From an uncultured Verrucomicrobiae bacterium (GTDB lineage Bacteria; Verrucomicrobiota; Verrucomicrobiia; Chthoniobacterales; UBA10450): a stretch of DNA of 64,000 nucleotides. The notes beneath the pieces are model-generated. The model saw only the letters and a program-made list of their open reading frames with translations. It did not search any database and was not told the DNA's origin. The position numbers were made by a program, and so were the translations under genes. Numbering within the stretch: position 1 is the first letter of the stretch; the number at the start of each line of letters is the position of its first letter. Below are positions 1-10,305 of the stretch, piece after piece. Where the stretch lies: assembly GCA_963726745.1 (NCBI GenBank), contig CAVSDR010000006.1, positions 512,001 through 576,000 of the forward strand. Direction: 5' to 3'.

Positions 1-415
1 ATCGGCGAAACAGACCGCCATGTGGCCGTCGGCGATTTGGTAGATCAAGAGGTGGACCGTGAGCGTATCCAGCGCCATGTGACTATCGATGCTGTTCGTG
101 CCACTGACGGTGTAGCTGTTGGCCAGCTCCAGCGCCATCTGGTCAAAGGCGCCGCCGGCATCCGACTGGACGATCCGGGCCGCTTTCGTGTTCGACCCGC
201 TGACAGGCGCGCGGGCCACGATCCAGGCGGTGATCGGCGAGACGCCTAACGAGCGAAAGAGCGGGCGGTTAACGCCGCGCCGGAGCGCTTCCTTGGGGAA
301 ACGAGGCAGCGTATTGATCGTGCGGGCATTCGCCGGCAGCGGAGACTTTCGGTGGACCGGCCTGGGCGGAAACTGCGCAGGCCGCGAGCGCGAGGAGCAG
401 GGCAAAGCGACGCAT
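1..415 (-). CDS. Secreted protein with TonB C-terminal-like segment (runs off window; apparent frameshift near 347)
   Basis: ATG at 415 gives signal peptide MRRFALLLALAACAVSAQA. After a 1-nt shift the frame reads PRFPKEALRRG...ARIVQSDAGGAFDQMALELA, which resembles TonB-C. Translated by hand, not in the ORF track. Confidence 0.5.
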
Positions 416-472
416 AAAACGGCGCCGAAGCTGGAAGAAATCCGCGCAAAAGGCAAGCCTGCGCCGCGGTCG

Positions 473-2826
473 TTAGGCACTTTCCCGCATCCGCACGGGC
501 GAGGCGGCGATTTTATCCAGCACGATCTCTCCTTGCCCATCGAAACGCCCAAAGGCCAGCACCCCCGTGGGGCATTCCTGCACGCAGGCGGAGCAGCGAA
601 CGCACTGCGGGTCTTCCATCGGTCGGCCTTTGTTCGCGAAGCTCATCACGTCGATCCCCTGGTGGCAGACCGAGGTGCAGACGTTGCAGGAGATGCACTT
701 CGATTTGTCCGGAAAAATCCGGTAGCGCGAGAAGCGCGTGTAGATGTGCATCAGCGCCGCCAGCGGACAGCCAAAGCGGCACCAGACCCGCCCGCTGAAC
801 CAAAAATAAAGGCCCACGCCGAGGATCCCGCCCATGAAGATATCGACGCTCCAGGCGTAGCTGAGGAACGGGATGCCCTCGAAAAGTTTGTGATACCAGG
901 CCGTGGCCCACGAGCCCTCGCCAAGCGCCCAGCCGGCGATGCGGAGCGCGAGGATGAGGAAGGCGAAAAGCAACGCCGCCTGGCCCGACCATGTTGACCC
1001 GATTCCAGACCGGGCCGTGCGGCATCTTTTCGCGGTGGGCGTCGCCCATGGTCTCGGCGAGCGCGCCGCAGGAGCAGATCCAGCCGCAGTAGGCGCCTTT
1101 GCCCCAGCGAAAAATAATCAGCGGGATGAGCACGAAAGTCTGGAGGAAGGAAATCCCCAGCCAAAGCCACATCGGATGATCGGTGAAGACGTTGTAGACG
1201 TTCAACGGGAAGGCGAGGATGAAGCCATAGGCCCGCCAGTAGGCGCGCTCGTGGCCTAACGAGCCGTCGTAGCTTTCGAAGAGCTGGTTCGCCAGCCAAT
1301 GTAAGCGGCTGCCCCGGTTCAAACCAGCCGTTGCGCCCCATCCACGGGAGAAGCAGTTCCGGCAAAATAAACAGCGGGATGCATTGCGACGCGATCAAGA
1401 CGCCGGTCTGCCACTTCACGTAAGGCGTGCGCCGCCGCTGAATCCGCCGGACGCCAAAGACAACCACGCAGGTGCAATAGGCCAGGGTGTAATAGAACGC
1501 CGGGTTCCCGAGGCCGCGCTTGATCGTATAAAGCAGGTTGCCCTCGCGGCTCGACCATTCCGCGAGCTTCCCGCCGGCCGCGCCGAAAAGAGCCGGCACA
1601 TTGTAAGGAAACGCCTGCGCCTGGCTGGCCCAGCGTTGCACCGGGAATTCCTGCGGGTGGTTGCTCTTCCAGTGATAAAGAACCACGCAGAAGAGCACAA
1701 AGGCCAGGCAGCTGATCCATGTGCGCGCGTTCCAATCGCCGCGCACTTTCAACCCGCTCCGGCGAAAAAACTCAAGCGGCGCTTCCCTCCCCAACATCGT
1801 AAAGACAACGTCGTTAGGCAGCGTTTTCTCGCTCCCATCTTGCAGGTAAACCTGGTCGGCCTCGATCCGCGTGACCTCGGTCCCGAGCGCCAGTTTGAGC
1901 GACCCGCAATCCTCGCAGCCAAGGCCATCGGTCATGGCCGCATTCACCCGGTCGGAGCTCGGCCGTTCCACCTCCACGTCCGCATGGCGATCGCGCGCCA
2001 GCGCCTCGATCTTGGTGATGTTCTCCGGCTTCGGGCGCGCGAATTCCTTTCTCCGATAACTCAGCGTTACCTCCGCGCCCGCGCGGGCCAACGCGATCGC
2101 GGTCTCCAAAGCCGAGTCGCCGCCGCCGACCACGAGCGCTTTCTGGCCGCTGAATTCATGCGGATCAAAAAGGCGATTCGAAACCTTCTCGAGCTCCTCG
2201 CCAGGGACGTTGAGCTTGCGGAAATTTCCGCTGCGCCCGATGGCCACAAGCACGCGCCGCGCGCGCAGCGGCTCGCCCTCGGCCAGGTGGAGCACGAGCT
2301 CGCCGCCAGTGCGCTCGACCCGCTCGACCCGCGCCGGGGTCACTTCCACGCCCGCGGCTTTTTGCTGCGCCTGCATCTCGCGCAGGAGGTCTTCCTTCAC
2401 CTCGGCTTCGAAATGCAGGCCGCCCTCGAGCTTCATTTCCGTGGGGTAGGTGTAGATCGGTTTGCGCTTCGGAAAGTTGATGACGGTCGAGAAGGTCTCG
2501 GTCGCTTCCAGGATCGCGAAGCGGAGCCCGGCCTTCTTCGCCTCGATCGCCGCGGAGATCCCGGCCACGCCGGCGCCGATGATCGCCAGGTCGAGCGTCT
2601 CGCCCTGGCCTTTCGAAAAATTGCCCTCGCGCAAGATCGCCCGGACCGCGCTCGCCCCGGTGTGCGATGAGAATTTAAGCAGCGGGATGCCGGTGAGATC
2701 TCCGACGATGCGGACGCCCGGAAGATTGGTCGCACCTTCCGCGCCGCTGACCGGGAGCTGCTCGACGGTGCCAGCCGGCCACTGCGTATGCAGCCAATGA
2801 GTGTATCGTCCCAGCAGTCCAGCCAT
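473..2826 (-). CDS. FAD/NAD(P)-dependent thioredoxin-reductase-like oxidoreductase fused to a polytopic membrane 4Fe-4S (NapH/MauN-like) domain; two apparent frameshifts (about 1302 and 985)
   Basis: GAGVAG and GGGDSA dinucleotide motifs in ORF 751..2826. YCGWICSCG in ORF 513..1322. WCRFGCP plus two CxxCxxCxxxC motifs in ORF 473..973. Confidence 0.8.
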
Positions 2827-4825
2827 GCCTGTATCTACTCCCGAAGCTCCTGAGGCGGAATCCTCTTCTTCCCGGCAACCCGGAGAGTCGCTCGCGCCTT
2901 CATCGGCGGCGGCCTCCGCACCTTTCGCCCGGCGTTATCCCATCGGCGCCGAGGTCACCGGCGACGGCCGCACGCATTTCCGCGTCTGGGCACCGAAGGC
3001 CCGGCGGCTGGCGGTGGTCCTGGAGGAATCGGCGGAGGTCGCGGCGGCGCGCAGTTTTCATGAACTCGAGCGGGAAGATGCGGGATACTTCGCTGGCTTT
3101 GCCCCGGCGGATGCAGGCGCGCTTTACCGCTTCCGGCTGGATGAGAACGATCACTTCCATCCCGACCCGGCGGCGCGCGCGCAGCCGGAAGGGCCGCACC
3201 GCTCCTCCCTGGTGGTCAACCCGGCGACCTTTTCCTGGACCGACCAGGCCTGGCCGGGCGTGGAGATCGCCGGGCAGGTGATCTACGAAATGCACGTGGG
3301 GACCTTCACCCCGGAGGGCACGTGGGCCGCGGCCGCGCGCGAGCTCGCAGAGCTGGCGGCGCTCGGCGTAACCGTGATCGAGATGATGCCGGTAGCGGAT
3401 TTTGCCGGCGACTTCGGCTGGGGCTACGACGGGGTGAATCTTTTCGCGCCCACGCGGCTCTACGGCTCGCCGGACGACCTGCGGGCGTTCATTGACACCG
3501 CGCACGCCCACGGCCTTGGGGTGATCCTCGATGTGGTCTACAACCATCTCGGGCCGGAAGGAAATTACCTGCGCGTCTTCGCGGAGGATTACTTCACCGA
3601 CCGCTACGAGAACGACTGGGGCGACGCGCTCAATTTCGACGGGCCGAACTCCGCCGCGGTGCGGGAGTTCTTCCTTACGAACGCACGCTATTGGATCGAG
3701 GAATTTCATTTCGACGGCTTCCGCTTCGACGCCACGCAGAACATCTGCGACGAATCGCCGGAATACATCGTCGCCGAAATCGGCCGGGTGGCGCGGGCCG
3801 CGGCCGGCCGGCGGCAGATCATCCTCGTAGCCGAGAACGAGCCGCAGAAAGCAGAGCTGGTGCGGCCGCTGGCCGAGGGCGGACACGGGCTCGATGCGGT
3901 CTGGAACGACGACCTGCATCACAGTGCGCTGGTTGCGCTGACCGGGCGAAACGAGGCCTATTACTCCGACTACCGCGGCCGTCCGCAGGAGTTCATCTCG
4001 GCGGCTAAATATGGCTACCTCTTCCAAGGGCAACCGTACACCTGGCAGGATGCGCCGCGCGGCGAGCCGACTTTCGGGGTGAACTCGCCGGCGTTCATCG
4101 GCTTCCTGGAGAACCACGACCAGGTGGCGAACTCGGCCTTCGGCGAACGCGTGCGCTTGCAAACCTCGCCGGGACGTTATCGCGCGCTGACCGCGTTGAT
4201 TTTGCTCGGGCCCTGGACGCCGATGCTGTTCCAAGGGCAGGAGTTCGGCGCGACCACGCCGTTTCTTTATTTCTGCGATGTCCCGGACGTGCGCGAGGCG
4301 GTGCGCGAAGGGCGTTTCAAATTCCTCGCGCAGTTCCCTTCGATCGCCAGCCAGGAGGCGCAGGCGCAACTTGCGCACCCGGGGGAACGCGACACCTTCA
4401 CGCGCTCGAAGCTCGATTTTTCCGAACGCGAAACCATGCAACCGATCTATCACCTGCACCGCGACCTCCTGCGGTTGCGCCGGGAAGATGCGCGTTTTAG
4501 CCAGCAACCTCAGCACGGCGTCGACGGCGCGGTCTTGAACGACGGGAGCTTCGTCCTGCGTTACCGGAGCGACGACCGGCAGGATCGTCTCCTGGTGGTG
4601 AACCTCGGTCCGCGGCGCGATCTCGGGCCGATTCCCGAGCCACTGCTCGCCCCGCCGGTGGGCCATCGCTGGGCGACGCTCTGGACGAGCGACTCGGTGC
4701 GCTACGGCGGCCATGGGCCCACGGAAGTCGCCAACGAGCAACGCTGGCTCCTGCCGGCGGAAGCCACCGTGGCCTTGCACCCGGTGCCGGAAACGCAGCC
4801 GCGCCGCCGGGCCCAAAAGCGCTAA
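2825..4825 (+). CDS. treZ: Malto-oligosyltrehalose trehalohydrolase (GH13)
   Basis: FRVWAP, IYEMHVGTFT, WGYDG, DVVYNHLGPEGNY, DGFRFDAT, NHDQVAN, PMLFQGQE motifs. Confidence 0.9.
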   Translation: MPVSTPEAPEAESSSSRQPGESLAPSSAAASAPFARRYPIGAEVTGDGRTHFRVWAPKARRLAVVLEESAEVAAARSFHELEREDAGYFAGFAPADAGALYRFRLDENDHFHPDPAARAQPEGPHRSSLVVNPATFSWTDQAWPGVEIAGQVIYEMHVGTFTPEGTWAAAARELAELAALGVTVIEMMPVADFAGDFGWGYDGVNLFAPTRLYGSPDDLRAFIDTAHAHGLGVILDVVYNHLGPEGNYLRVFAEDYFTDRYENDWGDALNFDGPNSAAVREFFLTNARYWIEEFHFDGFRFDATQNICDESPEYIVAEIGRVARAAAGRRQIILVAENEPQKAELVRPLAEGGHGLDAVWNDDLHHSALVALTGRNEAYYSDYRGRPQEFISAAKYGYLFQGQPYTWQDAPRGEPTFGVNSPAFIGFLENHDQVANSAFGERVRLQTSPGRYRALTALILLGPWTPMLFQGQEFGATTPFLYFCDVPDVREAVREGRFKFLAQFPSIASQEAQAQLAHPGERDTFTRSKLDFSERETMQPIYHLHRDLLRLRREDARFSQQPQHGVDGAVLNDGSFVLRYRSDDRQDRLLVVNLGPRRDLGPIPEPLLAPPVGHRWATLWTSDSVRYGGHGPTEVANEQRWLLPAEATVALHPVPETQPRRRAQKR

Positions 4826-4849
4826 GGCGCCGGCTCTCTTTCTTTCTCC

Positions 4850-6913
4850 ATGGAAGCCATCTCCCTAAACAAACCGGACCTGGTGCGGCGCATGCCGCGG
4901 CATCCGGCCGACAACGCCGGCGAAATCGCCCTCGAACGCGAATGGCTCGTGACCAACGGCCTCGGCGGTTACTCCTCCGGGACGGTCTCGGGGGCGATCA
5001 CGCGGAAGTATCACGGCATCCTCATCGCCGCCCTGCCCGCGCCGCTCGGGCGCATGGTCATGTGGAGTCATGTCTCGGAATTTCTCCGCTTCGCCGATGG
5101 GGAATCGGTCTCGTTAGGCGGCGAGGAACGGGCCCACGGGCAGCTCGACCTGCGCGGGGCCGATTACCTCCAGGAGTTCCGGCTCGAAGATGGACTGCCG
5201 AGCTGGACTTTTCGCGTGCGCGACGTGGTCCTCGAGAAGCGCATTGTCATGCCGCACCTGCAAAACACGGTGCACGTGATCTACCGCTTAAAAGGGCCGG
5301 CCGCTTTGCCCCGGCTGGAGCTGCGCCCGGCCTTCCAATTCCGCCACCATGAAGCGGCGGTCGATGAATCCCTTTCGGCGCCTTACCAAGTGACGGTGGC
5401 CGATGGCCGCTACGAGGTCGCGAGCACGCATGCGGATCTCCCGCCCTGCCGCCTCCAGTTGCATGGCTGCAAGTCGACTTTTCGGGTCGAGCCCGGCTGG
5501 ATCCAGCAGGTGATCTACCGCACGGAACAAGAACGCGGCTACGCCTTTGAAGGCGACCTTTGGACACCCGGGACTTTCGAGGTGGAAGTGCAACCGGAGT
5601 GCGCCGCGACCATGATCGGATCGACCGAGGACTGGGAAATTCCCGACGTCCTCCCGCCAAAGGCCGTCGAACGCGCGGAGGCGGAGCGCCGCGCCCGGCT
5701 CCTTGCGCAAGCCGCGCCCGAAGCGCGCGATGGTTTCCCGGCAGAGCTGGTCTACGCGGCCGATCAATTTGTCATCAAACCGGCTGGCCGGACGCGCGAT
5801 GAAGCGCGGGCGCACGCAGCCGGGGACGAGGTGCGGACGGTGATCGCGGGTTACCATTGGTTCACTGACTGGGGCCGCGACACCATGATCAGCCTGGAGG
5901 GTTTGACCCTAACGACTGGTCGCTGGGTGGAGGCGGGCTACATCCTGCGGACCTTCGCGCATTACGTGCGCGACGGCTTGATTCCAAACATGTTTCCCGA
6001 CGGGAAAAACGAAGGCCTCTACCACACGGCGGACGCGACCCTTTGGTTCTTCCACGCGCTCGGGCGTTACCTCCAGGCGACAGACGACGAGATCACGCTG
6101 CGGCTCCTCTTGCCCACGCTGGTGGAAATCGCGGAAGCGCATCTGCGCGGGACGAAATTCAACATCCACGTCGATCCGGCGGACGGCCTGCTCGCGCAGG
6201 GCGCGGAAGGCTACCAGCTCACCTGGATGGACGCGAAGATGGGCGACTGGGTGGTCACGCCGCGGCGCGGGAAAGCCGTGGAGCTGAACGCGCTTTGGTT
6301 TAACGCGCTCGCGCTTCTCTCGGGTTGGCTGGAACGGGTCCGGAACGCGCCCGACGCAGCGCGCTTCCGCGAGCATGCGCAGCGCGCGCGCGCGTCGTTC
6401 AACGCCCGCTTTTGGAATGAAAGTGCCGGCTATTTGTTCGACGTAGTCGACACTCCGGAAGGAACCGACGACGCCGCCTGCCGGCCGAATCAGATCTTCG
6501 CGCTCTCGCTCGAGCATCCGGTGCTGGACGAACAGCATTGGGCCGCGGTGCTCGCAGTGGTGCAGGAACGCCTGCTCACGCCGGTGGGCCTGCGCTCGCT
6601 TTCCCCGGAGAATCCGGACTACAAACCGACCTATCACGGCGATCTCCGGACGCGCGACGCGGCCTACCATCAAGGCACGGTCTGGGGCTGGCTCATCGGA
6701 CCATTCATCGATGCCTGGCAGAAAGTGCATCCGGACGACAAAGCCGGTGCGCGCCGCTTTCTCGAGCGCTTCCCGGCGCACCTGAGCGAGGCCGGCCTCG
6801 GCTCGATCAGCGAGGTCTTCGACGCGGAGGAACCGCACCGGCCGCGCGGCTGCATCGCGCAGGCGTGGAGTGTGGCGGAAGTGCTGCGCGCCTGGGTGGC
6901 GACGGCGAAGTAA
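4850..6913 (+). CDS. Glycogen debranching enzyme / amylo-alpha-1,6-glucosidase
   Basis: EWLVTNGLGGY N-terminal domain, AGYHWFTDWGRDTMISL, LTWMDAK, YHQGTVW, GCIAQAWSVAE. Confidence 0.9.
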   Translation: MEAISLNKPDLVRRMPRHPADNAGEIALEREWLVTNGLGGYSSGTVSGAITRKYHGILIAALPAPLGRMVMWSHVSEFLRFADGESVSLGGEERAHGQLDLRGADYLQEFRLEDGLPSWTFRVRDVVLEKRIVMPHLQNTVHVIYRLKGPAALPRLELRPAFQFRHHEAAVDESLSAPYQVTVADGRYEVASTHADLPPCRLQLHGCKSTFRVEPGWIQQVIYRTEQERGYAFEGDLWTPGTFEVEVQPECAATMIGSTEDWEIPDVLPPKAVERAEAERRARLLAQAAPEARDGFPAELVYAADQFVIKPAGRTRDEARAHAAGDEVRTVIAGYHWFTDWGRDTMISLEGLTLTTGRWVEAGYILRTFAHYVRDGLIPNMFPDGKNEGLYHTADATLWFFHALGRYLQATDDEITLRLLLPTLVEIAEAHLRGTKFNIHVDPADGLLAQGAEGYQLTWMDAKMGDWVVTPRRGKAVELNALWFNALALLSGWLERVRNAPDAARFREHAQRARASFNARFWNESAGYLFDVVDTPEGTDDAACRPNQIFALSLEHPVLDEQHWAAVLAVVQERLLTPVGLRSLSPENPDYKPTYHGDLRTRDAAYHQGTVWGWLIGPFIDAWQKVHPDDKAGARRFLERFPAHLSEAGLGSISEVFDAEEPHRPRGCIAQAWSVAEVLRAWVATAK

Positions 6914-6920
6914 GCGGCTG

Positions 6921-7388
6921 CTACTGCGCCGCGGGTTCGCGTTTTGGCTGCCGCTTCAGGAGCGTGATCTGCTTGATCCGCGCAGAGTCGTTCGGGCTCC
7001 AGGTGGCGACATCGGGATCGTCCTTGAACGCATTGTGCACGATGCGGCGCTCGTAGGAATTCATCGGCTCGAGCTGCATTGACCGCCCGCTCGCGCGCAC
7101 CCGCTCGGCCAGTTCGCGCACCCGCTGGACGATCTTGTCCTCGCGCATCGAGCGGTAATGCTCGCAATCGACGATCACCTTTTCCGCCTCGCGATCCTTC
7201 GTCTGGATGAGGCGATTGAGCAGGAACTGGATGGCCTCGAGCGTCTCGCCGTCGCGCCCGATCAGTCGGGCCTGTTCCTCGGTGTAAATTTGCAGGGTCA
7301 GGTTGCCGCCTTCGCCGCGTTGCTCGTCGATCTCGGTCACGAAACCGAGGTATCCGAGGATGGTATCGAGGAGTTCCTTGGGGGTCAT
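6921..7388 (-). CDS. jag: Jag/KhpB (EloR) KH-R3H RNA-binding protein
   Basis: LIGRDGETLEAIQ KH motif, PMNSYERRIVH R3H motif; directly downstream of yidC. Confidence 0.9.
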   Translation of the reverse strand: MTPKELLDTILGYLGFVTEIDEQRGEGGNLTLQIYTEEQARLIGRDGETLEAIQFLLNRLIQTKDREAEKVIVDCEHYRSMREDKIVQRVRELAERVRASGRSMQLEPMNSYERRIVHNAFKDDPDVATWSPNDSARIKQITLLKRQPKREPAAQ

Positions 7389-9133
7389 GAGCGTCCTTTC
7401 CGCGACCGTTTCCCGGGGAGCGCGACCTTCTCAATCGCCGGCGCCGGCTGCCGATTATTCTGCCACAGCTGCAGAATCGTGAACAGGTTCTGGGTCGTGT
7501 AATACAATGCCAGTGCCGCCGCGAAATTGTAGCAAAAAATCAAGAAGATCAGCGGCATGAACATCATCACGCGGCGCTGCATGGCGTCGCCCGTGTTCGG
7601 GGTCATGCGCATGAGCCAGACGTTGGTCGCGCCCATGATCAACGGGAGAATATTGATCGGCCAGCCGAGCCCGGGGAGGTGCGCGATCGTGTCCGGTTGC
7701 GCGAGATCGTGCACCCACAGGAAGGAGGCATTCCGCAATTCCGCGGCCTGCCCGAGCATGGAGAAGAGGCCGAAGAAGATCGGGATCTGGATCAGCATCG
7801 GGAGGCAGCCGCCGACCGGATTGACCCCGTTCTCCTTGTAGAGCTTCATCACCTCCTGGTTCATCCGGGTGGGATCGTCCTTGTACTTTTCCTTAAGCGC
7901 CTGCATCTTCGGCGCGAGCGCGGACATGCGGCGCATCGATTTGTTCGCCTTGTTCTGCAGCGGCCAGAGCACGCCCTTCACGCAGGCGGTGAGGAGGATG
8001 ATCGCGAGCCCGTAGTTCTTGACCCAGCCGTGGAGGAGATTAAGGAAATTCAGCAGCGCCTGGCTGACCAATTTGAAAAAGCCGAAGTTCATGATCTCGG
8101 CCTGGTCGTGCTCGAGTTTAGCCAGCCGATTGTAGAGTTTCGGCCCGGAGTAGATCTCCACCTGCAGACTGCTCGTTTGGCCCGGTTGCAGGGTAAACCC
8201 CGGCAGCCCGAGGGCGCCTTCCATGCCGTAGAGCGGCGCAGCGTTCTCCCGCGGAATCTCGAAGCGCGTGCCCCAGACAGCGCCGCCCTTGGTGTTCAGC
8301 GGCGTGAGGATGGTGGTGAAGAATTGATTGCTCATCGCGCCCCACTCGGCGCCGGTCACCTTCTCCTCGAAGAACGGCTGCGCGGCGCGCTTCTCGATCC
8401 CGACCAGCGGATAGCTTTGCGCGGCAAACCAGTTCACGTCCGTGCTCTTGGCCTTGCCGTCGAGGCACCAAACGAGGCGGGTGTAGGCGGCCATGTCGCG
8501 CGGATGCAAGGGCGTGGTCGCACCGAGCGTGAGGAAGTAATCAGGGCGCGTGTAGGGCTGCGTGCCGTCGTTGCGGAACTCCACCTCGAGCTGGGTGAGG
8601 TAGTTGTCGCGCGGCGCGGGGTTCGAGGGGAAGGAGTAGCGTTTCCGCACCTGGACGTTGCCCGGGAGTGTGCGCTGAAATTGCACGCTGCCATCCGGCT
8701 GTTTCGCGAGCTGGAATTCGCCCAGGTCTGGCGCGGCCGGCTTGTCGACCAGCGCGGCGATCGGCAGGTGATTCGAGGAATTGAGGACCACGTAGCCCGG
8801 TGGGAGATCGGCCTTGTGATTGAGCAGGTGGACTTCGCTGATCGCGCCGCCGCGATTCGTCAGGCGCAGCTCGACGTCGCCGTTGGAAAGGTTCTCGGTC
8901 TGCTCGACGAAGGACTGCGTCGCGGGCGCAGACTCGGCACCGGGCGCGGGAGCCGCAGCGGGCGCGGCCGGGGCGGCTGAAGTGGTCGGCTCAGCCGCCG
9001 CAGAAGCAGCGGGCGACGGCGAAGCGAGCACGGTCTTCGGCACCACCGGCGCCGGATGCTGGACCATGTAAACCTGCCAGCCGATCAGGCCGAGGACGCA
9101 TAGCGTGACGGCAATCCATGCTTGTCGATCCAT
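7385..9133 (-). CDS. yidC: Membrane protein insertase YidC
   Basis: NYGLAIILLT, LYKENGVNPVGGCLPMLIQIPIF, FLWVHDLAQPD. Confidence 0.95.
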   Translation of the reverse strand: MDRQAWIAVTLCVLGLIGWQVYMVQHPAPVVPKTVLASPSPAASAAAEPTTSAAPAAPAAAPAPGAESAPATQSFVEQTENLSNGDVELRLTNRGGAISEVHLLNHKADLPPGYVVLNSSNHLPIAALVDKPAAPDLGEFQLAKQPDGSVQFQRTLPGNVQVRKRYSFPSNPAPRDNYLTQLEVEFRNDGTQPYTRPDYFLTLGATTPLHPRDMAAYTRLVWCLDGKAKSTDVNWFAAQSYPLVGIEKRAAQPFFEEKVTGAEWGAMSNQFFTTILTPLNTKGGAVWGTRFEIPRENAAPLYGMEGALGLPGFTLQPGQTSSLQVEIYSGPKLYNRLAKLEHDQAEIMNFGFFKLVSQALLNFLNLLHGWVKNYGLAIILLTACVKGVLWPLQNKANKSMRRMSALAPKMQALKEKYKDDPTRMNQEVMKLYKENGVNPVGGCLPMLIQIPIFFGLFSMLGQAAELRNASFLWVHDLAQPDTIAHLPGLGWPINILPLIMGATNVWLMRMTPNTGDAMQRRVMMFMPLIFLIFCYNFAAALALYYTTQNLFTILQLWQNNRQPAPAIEKVALPGKRSRKGRS

Positions 9134-9150
9134 ACGCGTCTGATGGCCGC

Positions 9151-9444
9151 CTATTCACAAACCAGGCAGGCGTCCTTACTGGAGGAAAGTTGTGGGCGCT
9201 GCCCGGCGGCGGAGGCTTTCGGCACCGGGTCGTAACCTTGCCCGCCCCACGGCTGGCAACGCCCGAGGCGACGCAAACCGAGCCAGCTCCCGCGAAGCAG
9301 GCCATGCTCCTCAACCGCCCCGAGGAAGTAATGCGAACAGGTCGGCTGGAAGCGGCAACCCGAGCCCGGACCGCCCAAAAACGAGAGCACAGGCGAGATC
9401 GTCCACTGGTAAACGCGGACGAACATGCGGACGAAAAGGAGCAT
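9151..9444 (-). CDS. yidD: Membrane protein insertion efficiency factor YidD
   Basis: YQWTISP...CRFQPTCSHY...RCQPWGGQGYDPVP; ATG overlaps the rnpA TGA (TGATG). Confidence 0.92.
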   Translation of the reverse strand: MLLFVRMFVRVYQWTISPVLSFLGGPGSGCRFQPTCSHYFLGAVEEHGLLRGSWLGLRRLGRCQPWGGQGYDPVPKASAAGQRPQLSSSKDACLVCE

Positions 9445-9812
9445 CAGGGCGCTAGGATAGAAGCGCGCTTTGCGAGGCGCAACCACTCATCTTCCAGCGC
9501 GCGCGAGCTCGCGCGCGCGGCCGCTGGACGGGCGATCAAGACCAGCCAAAACCCGGTGCGCACCCCGTGCTGGTGCCGCCGCACGATCTCGCGCAGGCGC
9601 CGCCGGACCCGGTTCCGCACGACCGCTCCGCCGACGCGTTTACTGGTGACAAAACCGGCGCGGAACGGTGCCAAGGTGTCGGCTAATTCCAGCGTGCCGA
9701 GCACCAGAAAGGCGCCGCGCTGCACCCGCCCTTCCGTGCGCACGCGTGCAAAGTCGGCCGTGCGCTGGAGGCGGCGCTGGCGGGAGAAACGAAGCGGAGC
9801 GGCGGCGGTCAC
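9444..9812 (-). CDS. rnpA: Ribonuclease P protein component
   Basis: SKRVGGAVVRNRVRRRLRE RNR motif; synteny with yidD-yidC-jag. Confidence 0.93.
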   Translation of the reverse strand: MTAAAPLRFSRQRRLQRTADFARVRTEGRVQRGAFLVLGTLELADTLAPFRAGFVTSKRVGGAVVRNRVRRRLREIVRRHQHGVRTGFWLVLIARPAAARASSRALEDEWLRLAKRASILAP

Positions 9813-9842
9813 GGCGAAGGTCGGTGGGCCCGACAGTACAGC

Positions 9843-9877
9843 AAAAGTCTTCCCGCAGACGAGCTGCGGGAAGACTT
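9843..9877 (-). terminator. Probable intrinsic terminator of the lipoprotein gene
   Basis: Perfect 14-bp stem AAGTCTTCCCGCAG/CTGCGGGAAGACTT (9845-9877), 5-nt loop, ending in TTTT on the minus strand. Confidence 0.65.
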
Positions 9878-9904
9878 CGCAAGAGTTCGGTTTAGCCGAC
9901 GAAC

Positions 9905-10201
9905 TTACTGCTGGCCCGGGGTCGCCGTGGCCGTGGTCGTGGTGCTCTCCGTGGTCGTGCTCATCGCCGGAGTCATCGTCGCCGCCGGAGTCATGGCTGC
10001 CGCCGGGGTGCTGGGAGTGACCACGTGGGTGGTGTCCGTATGCGTGTTGCTGTGCGTGCTCGTCGCCGGGGAAGGATTCACGATCGTCGTGTTATGCTCC
10101 GTCTTCGGCTCTGCCGGGGAGGCAGGGGCCACGGTTTCGGTCTTTTGTTCGCAGGCCGCAAAAAGCGCGGCGCTGGCCAGGATGCAGATATATTTCTTCA
10201 T
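9905..10201 (-). CDS. Small Thr/Pro-rich lipoprotein
   Basis: MKK + hydrophobic stretch + lipobox FAAC; low-complexity tail with about 2.5 copies of an 18-bp unit (9965-10010, TPAAxM). Confidence 0.75.
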   Translation of the reverse strand: MKKYICILASAALFAACEQKTETVAPASPAEPKTEHNTTIVNPSPATSTHSNTHTDTTHVVTPSTPAAAMTPAATMTPAMSTTTESTTTTATATPGQQ

Positions 10202-10305
10202 GTTGTAATTAGGTTTCCCGTTGATGGGTAATATTTCAATCGAAGCGTCAAGGCTATTCGGCCTTCCGCGAGCAGTAATTCGACAGCGGCGAAGCTAACG
10301 AGCGC

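Noticed and set aside
2900..8980. Long antisense ORFs (e.g. 2900..4816, 7679..8980) as overlapping genes
   Set aside because: Expected shadows of high-GC codon usage opposite well-supported genes; no recognisable motifs.
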